A model generated the notes under the pieces. That model was not told the DNA's origin, searched no databases, and saw nothing but the letters and a program-made list of their open reading frames with translations. Positions 1-7,641 of a DNA stretch of 64,000 nucleotides are shown piece after piece. The DNA lies in NCBI GenBank assembly GCA_041488275.1, contig JBGPOY010000002.1, positions 80,872 to 144,871 on the forward strand, written 5' to 3'. Source of the DNA: Candidatus Nanoarchaeia archaeon (GTDB taxonomy: Archaea > Nanobdellota > Nanobdellia > Woesearchaeales > ARS49). Position numbers and translations under genes: made by a program. Every line of letters starts with the position of its first letter. The stretch's first letter is position 1.

Positions 1-1
1 C

Positions 2-388
2 GCGCTTTCCCAGAAAACCATCGACGCCTACCTGAAGCGCAGGCAGGGAAGCATTTTGAAATTCCTGCACGCCAAGCACGTCGGCATCATCGTGTCGAGC
101 AAGCCCGGGCAGTTCAACTTCAAGCGCGCCTTGGAGCTGAAAAAGCGCACGGACAAAAAGTACTACGTCTTCGTTTCCGAAACACTCAACTTCGCCGAAA
201 TGGAAAACTTCCCGTTCATCGACTGCTGGGTGAATACGGCGTGTCCGCGCATCGCGGACGAGAAAGCGGGCATCGTCAACATCAACGACCTGGTCGAAGA
301 CAAGGTCATCACGTTCTCAAAAATCGAAGGCGGCTACGACATCCCGATTTGGATGAGCAAGAAAGGAATGAAGAAGTCCGACAGTTAG
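2..388 (+). CDS. dph2: Diphthamide biosynthesis protein Dph2, C-terminal part (5' truncated by the window edge)
   Basis: Frame is open from the window start. GIIVSSKPGQ and CWVNTACPRI match the conserved C-terminal motifs of the Dph1/Dph2 family. Confidence 0.85.
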   Translation, partial: ALSQKTIDAYLKRRQGSILKFLHAKHVGIIVSSKPGQFNFKRALELKKRTDKKYYVFVSETLNFAEMENFPFIDCWVNTACPRIADEKAGIVNINDLVEDKVITFSKIEGGYDIPIWMSKKGMKKSDS

Positions 389-942
389 GGAACCTTGACT
401 TGCGTCCCCTGATAAATGCCGTTTGCCGCGGCGAATCCGGCGTTGACTTCCACGACATATTGCGCGGGCTTCAGCGACGGATACACGGCGCACGGGTCTT
501 CCTTGCACGGCGGAACGCTGCCCTTGACTTCATTCACGATTAAATCGCTGCCGATAAAAATCATGTCGAGCGGAATCTTGGTGTCTTTCATCCAGAACGT
601 TCTTTGCGACGCACTGTCAAATACGAACAGCATTCCTGACGTTGCGGGAAGCGTGGTGCGGTTCATAAGTCCCTGCGTGCGCAGTTCGTTGGTGTCCGCG
701 ACTTCGACGCTGATGACGGTGTTTGCTCCCTGCGTGAGGAACGTGACTTTCGGACCGCTGCATCCGGCGAGAATCAGCAGAAGAAACAAGATGATGCCGT
801 GCTTGAGAACGCCTCGCGCTCGGCCCGTCACGCGTCCTTGTTTTCCGTGCCCGTGCAGTATGGTCGTGCGCTCGCGACGGAGAAGTGCTGAGTCAACGCC
901 GTTCTTGCTGCCTCGCGCTCCCAGTGGCGTTCTCAAGCTCAT
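385..942 (-). CDS. DUF192 family protein, predicted lipoprotein (true start may be GTG at 831)
   Basis: ISVEVADTNELRTQGLMNR...GMLFVF...FWMKDTKIPLDMIFI...YVVEVNAG is typical of DUF192. Lipobox LILAG|C follows a hydrophobic stretch. ATG at 942 overlaps the sppA stop (ATGA). Confidence 0.85.
   Translation of the reverse strand: MSLRTPLGARGSKNGVDSALLRRERTTILHGHGKQGRVTGRARGVLKHGIILFLLLILAGCSGPKVTFLTQGANTVISVEVADTNELRTQGLMNRTTLPATSGMLFVFDSASQRTFWMKDTKIPLDMIFIGSDLIVNEVKGSVPPCKEDPCAVYPSLKPAQYVVEVNAGFAAANGIYQGTQVKVP
801..938. repeat. 138-bp segment bounded by a perfect 13-bp inverted repeat, with an internal 11-bp direct repeat
   Basis: GCTTGAGAACGCC (801-813) and GGCGTTCTCAAGC (926-938) are exact reverse complements. 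GCCTCGCGCTC occurs at 811-821 and 910-920. Confidence 0.6.
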
Positions 943-1892
943 GTCGTGAACTGAATGTTGTTCTCAACTTTCGGCATCGCGATGCCGGTGCCAATGCCCC
1001 TGCCGAGCGCGAACGACGCTTCCTTCATCACGCCGGAAAGACTTTGGAAGAAGCCGAGCGGTTTTTGGAATTCGACGGGTTCGGCGGTGATGTTGAGCGA
1101 GTCCTCGATGTACGCGAGCGCGTCGTCTTGGTTGCCGATTTTGTCAATCAGACCCATGTCGAGCGCTTCCGAGCCGAGGTAGACCCAGCCGGTCGCGATT
1201 TTGCGGACCTTGTCTTCGGGCAGTCCGCGGTTTTGCGCGACGGACTGGATGAACATCGTGTGAATTTTGTCGAGCTGGTCGCGGAACATTTTTTCTTCCT
1301 GCGGCGTGAGCGGTTTGTACGGGCTGCCGGCGTCCTTGAACTGGCCTGCCGTGAGGGATTCGTACGTCGCGTTGTAGCGGTTCAGGGTTCCCGCGAAATT
1401 GATGTAGCTCGCGAGCACGCCGATGCTGCCGACTTCGCTCATCCTGTTCGCGAAAATCTTGTCTGCCGCGGACGCGACCCAGTAGGCGCCGGACGCGCCG
1501 AGCTCGTGAATGACTGCGATAGTGGGCTTGTTCATTTTCAGGATTTCGTTTGCCATTTCTTCGCTCGCGACGGGCGTGCCGCCGGGGCTTTCGATGTCGA
1601 GAATCACCGCTTTGATGTTGGCGTCGGAGTCTGCTTCGCGCAGCCAGCCGATGACTTCTTTGCTTGAGACGCCCTGCTCGCCGAGAATGCCTGAACTTCC
1701 GTCGGGAGTGATGACGCCGTGAATCGGGATGATTGCAACGTTGCCGTTGTGCAAAGGCGTCGTGCTGAACGCGCTGACGACGCCGAAGAGCAGGAATCCG
1801 ACAAACGCAATCGAGAGCAGGCCTGAAATGATGCCGACAATCGTGAGGATGGAGCGCAGAACTGACGGACGTTCGCTCTCACCTTTTTTCAT
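939..1892 (-). CDS. sppA: Signal peptide peptidase SppA (S49 family), short archaeal type with N-terminal TM anchor
   Basis: Start MKKGES at 1892. Motifs VAIIPIHGVI, LDIESPGG, GASGAYWVASAAD, VGSIGV and GLIDKIG. Confidence 0.93.
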   Translation of the reverse strand: MKKGESERPSVLRSILTIVGIISGLLSIAFVGFLLFGVVSAFSTTPLHNGNVAIIPIHGVITPDGSSGILGEQGVSSKEVIGWLREADSDANIKAVILDIESPGGTPVASEEMANEILKMNKPTIAVIHELGASGAYWVASAADKIFANRMSEVGSIGVLASYINFAGTLNRYNATYESLTAGQFKDAGSPYKPLTPQEEKMFRDQLDKIHTMFIQSVAQNRGLPEDKVRKIATGWVYLGSEALDMGLIDKIGNQDDALAYIEDSLNITAEPVEFQKPLGFFQSLSGVMKEASFALGRGIGTGIAMPKVENNIQFTT

Positions 1893-1923
1893 ACGGCGAA
1901 GAAGCACGGAGCGGTATAAAAAC

Positions 1924-2358
1924 CTAGTGGATGTACTTGCGGATGATGCGGTCGTGACCGAAGCCCGTGTTCTTCGGCGGGCGCTTGAAGTACGCGATGT
2001 CGCGACCGTTGCTGTCCTTGAGCTTCCCGCCTGCGGGCTTGACGAGGAACTGCAGCACAATCGGGTGGCCGTACGTGACTTTGAGCCCGTACTCGTGGTA
2101 GCCGAGGAAGCGGACGACCCTGACGCGCAGCCCGGTTTCGTCTTTCGCCGCGCGCCGGATTGCCTGCGCGACCGTTTCCCCATACAGCATGGTTTTTCCC
2201 GGAAGATGCCACGTCCCTTTGCCGGGTCCGTCGTCGTGAGGCCCACGCTTGATGAGCACCACTCCTTTTGGTCCGTGAACGATGAGCTCGACACAGATGC
2301 GCGGGACTTTCTTGTAGATGCGAAGATAGGTCGCCCGCCCAAAGGGTTTCGGCTTCAT
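1924..2358 (-). CDS. NUDIX hydrolase with a degenerate Nudix box, GDP-mannose mannosyl hydrolase-like
   Basis: PRICVELIV..VVLIKR, W-LPGKTMLYGETVAQAIRRAAKDETGL and HPIVLQF. Confidence 0.75.
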   Translation of the reverse strand: MKPKPFGRATYLRIYKKVPRICVELIVHGPKGVVLIKRGPHDDGPGKGTWHLPGKTMLYGETVAQAIRRAAKDETGLRVRVVRFLGYHEYGLKVTYGHPIVLQFLVKPAGGKLKDSNGRDIAYFKRPPKNTGFGHDRIIRKYIH

Positions 2359-2437
2359 GGTTTGTCCGCTTGGGGCGCGCTTTTTATGCTTTGCGAACCC
2401 GATAGTCTTATAAACGGTATTCTGAACGATTCAAGTA

Positions 2438-2782
2438 ATGGGACGCAAGGACGAAGCACTCGCACAACAACAGCAACAGGAGGAGGAGATCCGCCGCACG
2501 CCGATGCCGCGCGGGACTCAGGTCTTGGGTGTGTGCGAACAACGCTTGGGCGGGAGTCACCTGCGCGTCCGCTGCCTCGACGGCAAAGTCCGCATCTGCC
2601 GCATTCCCGGACGCTTGAAGCGGTCCTTGTGGGTGCGCGAAAATGATATTCTGTTGATTGAGCCCTGGGAACTGGGCGGCGACGCGAAGGGCGATGTCGT
2701 GTTCAAGTACCGCCCGCTGCAGGCCGATGTCCTGCGCCGCAAGGGCTACCTGAAGGCCCTTGAGAACGCGAACGAATTCTGA
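2438..2782 (+). CDS. eif1a: Translation initiation factor aIF-1A
   Basis: QRLGGSHLRVRCLDGKVRICRIPGRLKRSLWVRENDILLIEPWE...KGDVVFKY. Confidence 0.95.
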   Translation: MGRKDEALAQQQQQEEEIRRTPMPRGTQVLGVCEQRLGGSHLRVRCLDGKVRICRIPGRLKRSLWVRENDILLIEPWELGGDAKGDVVFKYRPLQADVLRRKGYLKALENANEF

Positions 2783-2861
2783 TTTTGTCATCACTCGAGA
2801 ATAGAAATACTTATAAGACTCGTCCGTCCAAGAACACCCATTAACTTCGGGGGTTGTTCCT

Positions 2862-3326
2862 ATGTTTCGTGGATTCAGCGCATTTGTCGTTTCCGCCGTC
2901 ATCACGTTGATCGGCACTATCTGGTTGGAGCAGGAGCTCGTCAGGTATGTCGCGCCCGAAATGATCGGCATTCTCGTGCTCACGTTCGCGGCGATTGTCG
3001 CGGCGTTCGGCATCTGGAGCAACATGCGCTGGGGCCGCGTGCTTGCGGTCTTGTTCTTCGCGGCAGCTGCCGCGAACATCGCATTGATTGAGCGCTCGAT
3101 TCACGAAGCGTACATGGAATACCTGCTCCTGATGGCGTGGATTATCATCAGCTTCTGCTACAACGTGTTGCAGCTCGGCCACGACGCCTCTTCTTCGTTG
3201 GAAGCGTACAGCGCACACGTCGAGCCCGAAGTCACGCTCGACAACATCATGCCCACGCCCAAAATCGCGGCTCGCATTCGCAAGGTAAAGGCGGCGGGCA
3301 AAGCGAAGCGCAGCAAGAAGAAGTGA
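2862..3326 (+). CDS. Hypothetical membrane protein (about 4 TM, basic C-terminal tail)
   Basis: Four hydrophobic segments and a Lys-rich tail. Its stop overlaps the next GTG start. Confidence 0.6.
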   Translation: MFRGFSAFVVSAVITLIGTIWLEQELVRYVAPEMIGILVLTFAAIVAAFGIWSNMRWGRVLAVLFFAAAAANIALIERSIHEAYMEYLLLMAWIIISFCYNVLQLGHDASSSLEAYSAHVEPEVTLDNIMPTPKIAARIRKVKAAGKAKRSKKK

Positions 3327-3733
3327 TTTTTCCTTTATTGCTCGCGTTCGACGAAGAAGACCCGTTTCTCGAAGGCATTTGCAGCGTTTTCAACCGGCAG
3401 TATTCGAACGCCCGTCTCGAGTACGTGAAGACGAATGAGGGCGTGCGTGACCGATTCCGAAAAGAGCAGTATCGCGTCTTGTTCTACGACATCGGGCTCG
3501 ACAAAGACACGCATTATGGCTTTACCCAAGAGTTCAAGGAAGCGAATCCCGGAGTCTATCTCATCGGGTCAAGCATCGGCACGAGCATCTATCTTTATCG
3601 CGAAGTGCCTGAAGGTATTTTTCACGACCTCATGACGCTGAACGGGCTTATCGGTTTGCACCGGAGCGACACAACGCTGAGAACCGTGCTCGAGAGGGCG
3701 GAATTGAAGCTCGAACGGATTATTTCTCCTTAA
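3323..3733 (+). CDS. Stand-alone receiver (CheY-like) domain protein, atypical
   Basis: GTGA overlap with the previous stop. LLLAFDEED (beta1 acidic pocket), VLFYDIGL (phosphoacceptor-like Asp) and NPGVYLIGSS follow receiver-domain spacing. Confidence 0.55.
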   Translation: MIFPLLLAFDEEDPFLEGICSVFNRQYSNARLEYVKTNEGVRDRFRKEQYRVLFYDIGLDKDTHYGFTQEFKEANPGVYLIGSSIGTSIYLYREVPEGIFHDLMTLNGLIGLHRSDTTLRTVLERAELKLERIISP

Positions 3734-4160
3734 ACGACATCCAAATCAGCGCCACAATTCCTATCGTCAATGCGGAATCCGCGACGTTGAACGCGGGGAA
3801 GAAGCTGAAGTGGAGGAAGTCGGTCACACTCTGGAACGCGAGCCGGTCAATCAGGTTTCCTGCAGCTCCTCCGAGGATGAGCGCGGACGACCACGTCGTG
3901 TGGTGGTCTTCCAGGATTTTCTCGAGCGACGCGACGATGATGACGATGGCCGCCAACGCAACAAGCATGAAGATGAAATTCTGTCCTTGCAAAATGCCGA
4001 ACCCCGCGCCGGAGTTTTGGATGTGCGTGAACTCAAACACGCCGGGAATGACGGACACGGTTTTTCCGACTGAGAGCATGCGCGCGAACCATTTCGTGAG
4101 CTGGTCGAGAATAACGACGCCGACGGCGGTGCCCCAGAAGAGCGCGTGGCGGTTTACCAT
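3720..4160 (-). CDS. lspA: Lipoprotein signal peptidase (signal peptidase II, A8 family)
   Basis: All LspA motifs are present: LDQLTK, NSGAGFG, GAAGNLIDR, VTDF, FNVADS (both catalytic Asp), with 4 TM segments. Confidence 0.93.
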   Translation of the reverse strand: MVNRHALFWGTAVGVVILDQLTKWFARMLSVGKTVSVIPGVFEFTHIQNSGAGFGILQGQNFIFMLVALAAIVIIVASLEKILEDHHTTWSSALILGGAAGNLIDRLAFQSVTDFLHFSFFPAFNVADSALTIGIVALIWMSFKEK

Positions 4161-4444
4161 CGGACGCGCGGCATTTCCTTATTTTCCTGCAGCGTGCGCT
4201 CCAAGTGGTCAAGCCGTTGGACGATGTTGTCCAGCTGCGCCTTGAGCACGTCGAGTTTTGCGCCGATAAGCTCTAAGTCCTTTTCGCTCGTGCGCTGCGT
4301 GAGCGAAGACATATGCTGGAAGTTCGGGTCTTGTGACGGTCCGAGCGGCTCCATCGGTTGCAGTGAAGGAGTCGGCGTCGGTTCGAACTGCATCGGCGGC
4401 AGTTCCTGCTCTTCGTGCTTCCAGAACTTGAACTTTTCGAGCAT
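4154..4444 (-). CDS. Hypothetical protein, Pro-rich N-terminal half and coiled-coil C-terminal half
   Basis: Heptad pattern in KDLELIGAKLDVLKAQLDNIVQRLDHLERTL. Overlaps its neighbours by a few bases. Confidence 0.65.
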   Translation of the reverse strand: MLEKFKFWKHEEQELPPMQFEPTPTPSLQPMEPLGPSQDPNFQHMSSLTQRTSEKDLELIGAKLDVLKAQLDNIVQRLDHLERTLQENKEMPRVRW

Positions 4445-5154
4445 CAGCTTGCTCCGTCGACGTTGATGACGTAGCGGAGGACGGGATAGGGAAGGATGCG
4501 GATGGTGCGCGTCGTGATGCTCCCAGGGTACGCTCGGGCTGTTCCGGCGTTGATGCTCTTGACCAGCGCGTGCGCTTGCAGGAAATCGTTGACCATCGCC
4601 GCGAGCAAGAGTCCCTTGAACGCGTCGGCGGTCGTGTCGGGCAACTGGATTTCCTGCCCGATGGGAACGTGCGCGGCGGTGCGGACTTCCTTTGCGTAGT
4701 CCATGCGCGGGTCGGCTTCCGCCATCAATTCAAGCGCGCGCTTCGAGCTGAGATTGAGCCCGTCAATGTGGACGAACGGGATGGAATCGAACGCTCCGGG
4801 GTTGAGGATGAGCATGACATTGTTGCCGTCCAACGCCGTCTTGAAGTCGCCGGTGGAGTACGCTGCACGCAGTGCGCTCGTGTCGTTGATGACGCCGGGC
4901 ATCGGCGAGTTGTCGTGGACAAACGCGCCGAGCATCGTGCCCTTGTCGTCCAGCACGAAAAGCTTGGTGCCGTAGGCGAGCTGCTGTTCGAACTGCTGGG
5001 AGTCGTACGACAGCGCGAGGCTGCCGATGGCGAGCGCGAGTCCGAGAATCGTGAGGACGGTGTTCGCGATGCGGAAGACCTTGTAGTATGCCAGCGCCGA
5101 GAGTACAATCGAGATGGCGAAGAAAATGCCTGTTAGGACGTACGGGTTGACCAT
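4444..5154 (-). CDS. Hypothetical membrane-anchored protein (2 N-terminal TM)
   Basis: Two hydrophobic helices followed by a soluble domain. Coupled to the 4154-4444 ORF. Confidence 0.65.
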   Translation of the reverse strand: MVNPYVLTGIFFAISIVLSALAYYKVFRIANTVLTILGLALAIGSLALSYDSQQFEQQLAYGTKLFVLDDKGTMLGAFVHDNSPMPGVINDTSALRAAYSTGDFKTALDGNNVMLILNPGAFDSIPFVHIDGLNLSSKRALELMAEADPRMDYAKEVRTAAHVPIGQEIQLPDTTADAFKGLLLAAMVNDFLQAHALVKSINAGTARAYPGSITTRTIRILPYPVLRYVINVDGAS

Positions 5155-5196
5155 GCCTCTTTCAGCAGGGAAGTCGCAGAACGTAACTTATAAAGC

Positions 5197-6015
5197 TTAT
5201 GCCGGCTTCACGAGGCCGAGCAACTCGCGTTGTTTGCGCGCGTACCCGCCGAGTTTCTGGAAGCCGTAATGTTCTTCGAGGAAGGTGAGCGTGTCGTCGC
5301 TGGCGTTTTCGAGCAGCACGCAGAGGCGGTGTTCTTGGTCTTCGTTCAGCTGGTCGGCGCTGAGCAGCGCGTAGAGATTTTCAGGAACAACAGGAGTCGA
5401 CGGAGCGATGGGCGTTTGCGGCGCGGCAGGAGCTTGAACGCATTGCGCGACGGGCTTCGAAACTGCTTGGGGTGGCTGTGTAACAGGAGCGGTTGCGCGG
5501 GGCAGGTTCAGAATCGCGCGGCACGCGTCGCCGATATCGGCTGCGTACGGCGTCTGCGGTTTGTTTTTGTACGTCGTGTGGTGCGACGAGGGAACGTGGC
5601 GTTTGTTGTAATTGTGCTTGATGCAGATGGTGCTGATGCCGCGGACAATCGTCTGCGCGACCAGCTCCGGAACGGTCATGCCGTGCTGGACCGGAACGCG
5701 TCCGTCGAGTCCGGCGAAGAAATACGTCTTTTCCCAGTCCGTGAGCGCGTTGATGACGTCCGCAGGAACGAGACCGCTGCGCGTCATGCCGTAATAGATG
5801 GATTTCAGCGGTTCCTTGTTGAAGGTGCTGTAGAGCTTGTCGCTGAAGCCCGGTTCGAAAGGAATGCCGCGCTGATTGGTCTTCTTGACGAGCGCGTCGG
5901 TAAGGTCGCACTTGAGGTACTGCGTCGGACCGGCGTGCGTCTTGTTGACGATGCCATTCGCGAGCGTGCTCGGATGGGTTGCGAGTGCATTCAGGCGGGT
6001 CTCGAGCGATTCCAT
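5197..6015 (-). CDS. Hypothetical protein with a P/Q/A-rich linker
   Basis: Likely start MESLETRL at 6015, just after the stop of the 6017-6289 ORF. Globular N-terminal domain, low-complexity linker, small helical C-terminal domain. Confidence 0.6.
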   Translation of the reverse strand: MESLETRLNALATHPSTLANGIVNKTHAGPTQYLKCDLTDALVKKTNQRGIPFEPGFSDKLYSTFNKEPLKSIYYGMTRSGLVPADVINALTDWEKTYFFAGLDGRVPVQHGMTVPELVAQTIVRGISTICIKHNYNKRHVPSSHHTTYKNKPQTPYAADIGDACRAILNLPRATAPVTQPPQAVSKPVAQCVQAPAAPQTPIAPSTPVVPENLYALLSADQLNEDQEHRLCVLLENASDDTLTFLEEHYGFQKLGGYARKQRELLGLVKPA

Positions 6016-6016
6016 C

Positions 6017-6289
6017 TTAGTGTCCTCGGTATTCTGCTTGAGGAGTTTTCGTGGTTTCGCTGAGCTCGTAAGAAATGAATTCGAGTCCCGCGTACGCGGC
6101 AGCTGCCACGATGGCGGCGACGCTCCACGTGACCGGACTCTTGAGCACGGTCTTGATGAGTTCGTTGCGTTCACGGCGCTTGTTTTCTTCATAGCGCCAT
6201 TGGAGGTGCCGGTTCCATGCGGCCTGGAATTCCGCGCTCGGCTGAGCCGGAAGAATGGTGTCGGTTTCCTCGGAATGGATGTCGTACAT
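6017..6289 (-). CDS. Hypothetical single-TM protein
   Basis: Hydrophobic VTWSVAAIVAAAAYAGL segment. A TATA-like TATATAAA lies upstream at about 6313-6320. Confidence 0.55.
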   Translation of the reverse strand: MYDIHSEETDTILPAQPSAEFQAAWNRHLQWRYEENKRRERNELIKTVLKSPVTWSVAAIVAAAAYAGLEFISYELSETTKTPQAEYRGH

Positions 6290-6416
6290 ACGACGACAAA
6301 GCGCTTTTGTCCTATATAAATCTTTCTGTATTTACCACTTGGCGGTGACATTTAAATGGCGGGAAAGGACTGCGTCAGGACGTCGTTGGTAAAAGAAAAA
6401 TGTGAGAAAAAGGGAA

Positions 6417-6797
6417 CTAAATCAAAATGGCGCAGATGTGCCCTTCCTGACCCGGACGGTTCGTGATGCGCGCCTTGCCCTTGTCCGTTTCGATGACGGT
6501 TCCTTTCGTGAGGACGTTGCGTCGCACATAGTGGCGGTTCGCGGGGTTGCCGGTCACGATTTTGATGGTGGCCTTGACGTACTTCTTGGTCTTGGCGTCG
6601 AACAGGTTGCAGACGTTCGTGGAAGTCTGGTGCACTTTGGTGCCGCCGCCCTTGGTGCGCATCGTCTCGAGTTCACGGGCTGCAATCTTCGGGAGCGTCG
6701 GGTGATGGCCCAGTTCGTAGAGCTTCTTGCCGCGGTGCTCCTTCTTTCTGCCGCCGGAAGGCGTGCTGTCCTTGATTGCGCGTTGGATAACGACCAT
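6417..6797 (-). CDS. rps8e: 30S ribosomal protein S8e
   Basis: TPSGGRKK..RGKKLYELG, RTKGGGTK, NPANRHYVRRNVLTKGTVIET..GKARITNRPGQEG. Confidence 0.97.
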   Translation of the reverse strand: MVVIQRAIKDSTPSGGRKKEHRGKKLYELGHHPTLPKIAARELETMRTKGGGTKVHQTSTNVCNLFDAKTKKYVKATIKIVTGNPANRHYVRRNVLTKGTVIETDKGKARITNRPGQEGHICAILI

Positions 6798-6806
6798 GGT
6801 GAGACC

Positions 6807-7208
6807 TCACTTCGCCGCCGCGGGAGCGGCAGCCTTTTCTTCTTTCGGAGGCGCGAGCGGAGCTGCGCCTTCCTTCAACACTTTGAGATTGACTTGCGTG
6901 ATTTTCGGGTGAATCGTGTTGCCGCAGACGGTCTTGCGGTGCTTGATGCCGTTGGCGGTCTTCTTGAGACCGACGCCCTTGACGGCGAGAATTCGCTTTC
7001 TTTGGAAACCGGGGACGTCCCAGCGCATCGGGAAGCCGCAATAGTCGCTGCCGCCCGCAACTTCAAACTCGTAGCCGGGAAAACCAAAGTGGTCGCCCTT
7101 GACATGGTCCTTGATTTTCTTGCCTAAGAGTGCTTTGAATTCCGTGTCCGGAATTTCCTTCTGCACGCTGGTGCCGTTCTTCAGTCCAAAAATCAACTTT
7201 GCTGGCAT
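6807..7208 (-). CDS. rps6e: 30S ribosomal protein S6e
   Basis: LLGKKIKD..GYEFEVAGGSDYCGFPMRWDVPG...RKTVCGNTI..ITQVNLKV. Confidence 0.96.
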   Translation of the reverse strand: MPAKLIFGLKNGTSVQKEIPDTEFKALLGKKIKDHVKGDHFGFPGYEFEVAGGSDYCGFPMRWDVPGFQRKRILAVKGVGLKKTANGIKHRKTVCGNTIHPKITQVNLKVLKEGAAPLAPPKEEKAAAPAAAK

Positions 7209-7288
7209 GGTAGTCCCCCGAGCCGCATTGTTGCAGCGACTCAGCTTAGATACTCAGAATTCCCTTCAGGGGGTTTATAAATGTTCTG

Positions 7289-7639
7289 CTAATTGACGAG
7301 CTTCAGGCTTCCTGTAACGGCGTCGATGCGCTTCTCGTCGTGCGGGCCGATGGCCATGCATGTAATCGTGCCGGGGTCGACGTGCGTGTGTCCTGCATCC
7401 GTCACGACCGCGGCGATGAGTCCGGATTTTCTTGCTTTCTGTTCGTAGTCGAGCAGTTCGCGCAAGTCGGCGACTTTCAGAACTGATTTTTTCATTCCCT
7501 GCTGGCGCCAAATCATCACGTCCTCGGCGTCGGAGAGCGTCACCGCATCGACAGCAGCGTGGGCGACTTGCGCGGACATCTTGCCTTTGGAGAGCTTGAG
7601 GTCGTCGCGCACCAGAATGACCTGCTTGTAGTCTGCCAT
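7289..7639 (-). CDS. pth2: Peptidyl-tRNA hydrolase Pth2 (archaeal/eukaryotic type)
   Basis: YKQVILVRDDLKLSKGKMSAQVAHAAV, DAGHT and TCMAIGP. Confidence 0.96.
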   Translation of the reverse strand: MADYKQVILVRDDLKLSKGKMSAQVAHAAVDAVTLSDAEDVMIWRQQGMKKSVLKVADLRELLDYEQKARKSGLIAAVVTDAGHTHVDPGTITCMAIGPHDEKRIDAVTGSLKLVN

Positions 7640-7641
7640 GC

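Noticed and set aside
1893-2342. N-terminal 150 aa of the 467-aa ORF 939-2342
   Set aside because: It is an alternative-frame read-through over the NUDIX gene. The SppA-like sequence starts at MKKGES (1892).
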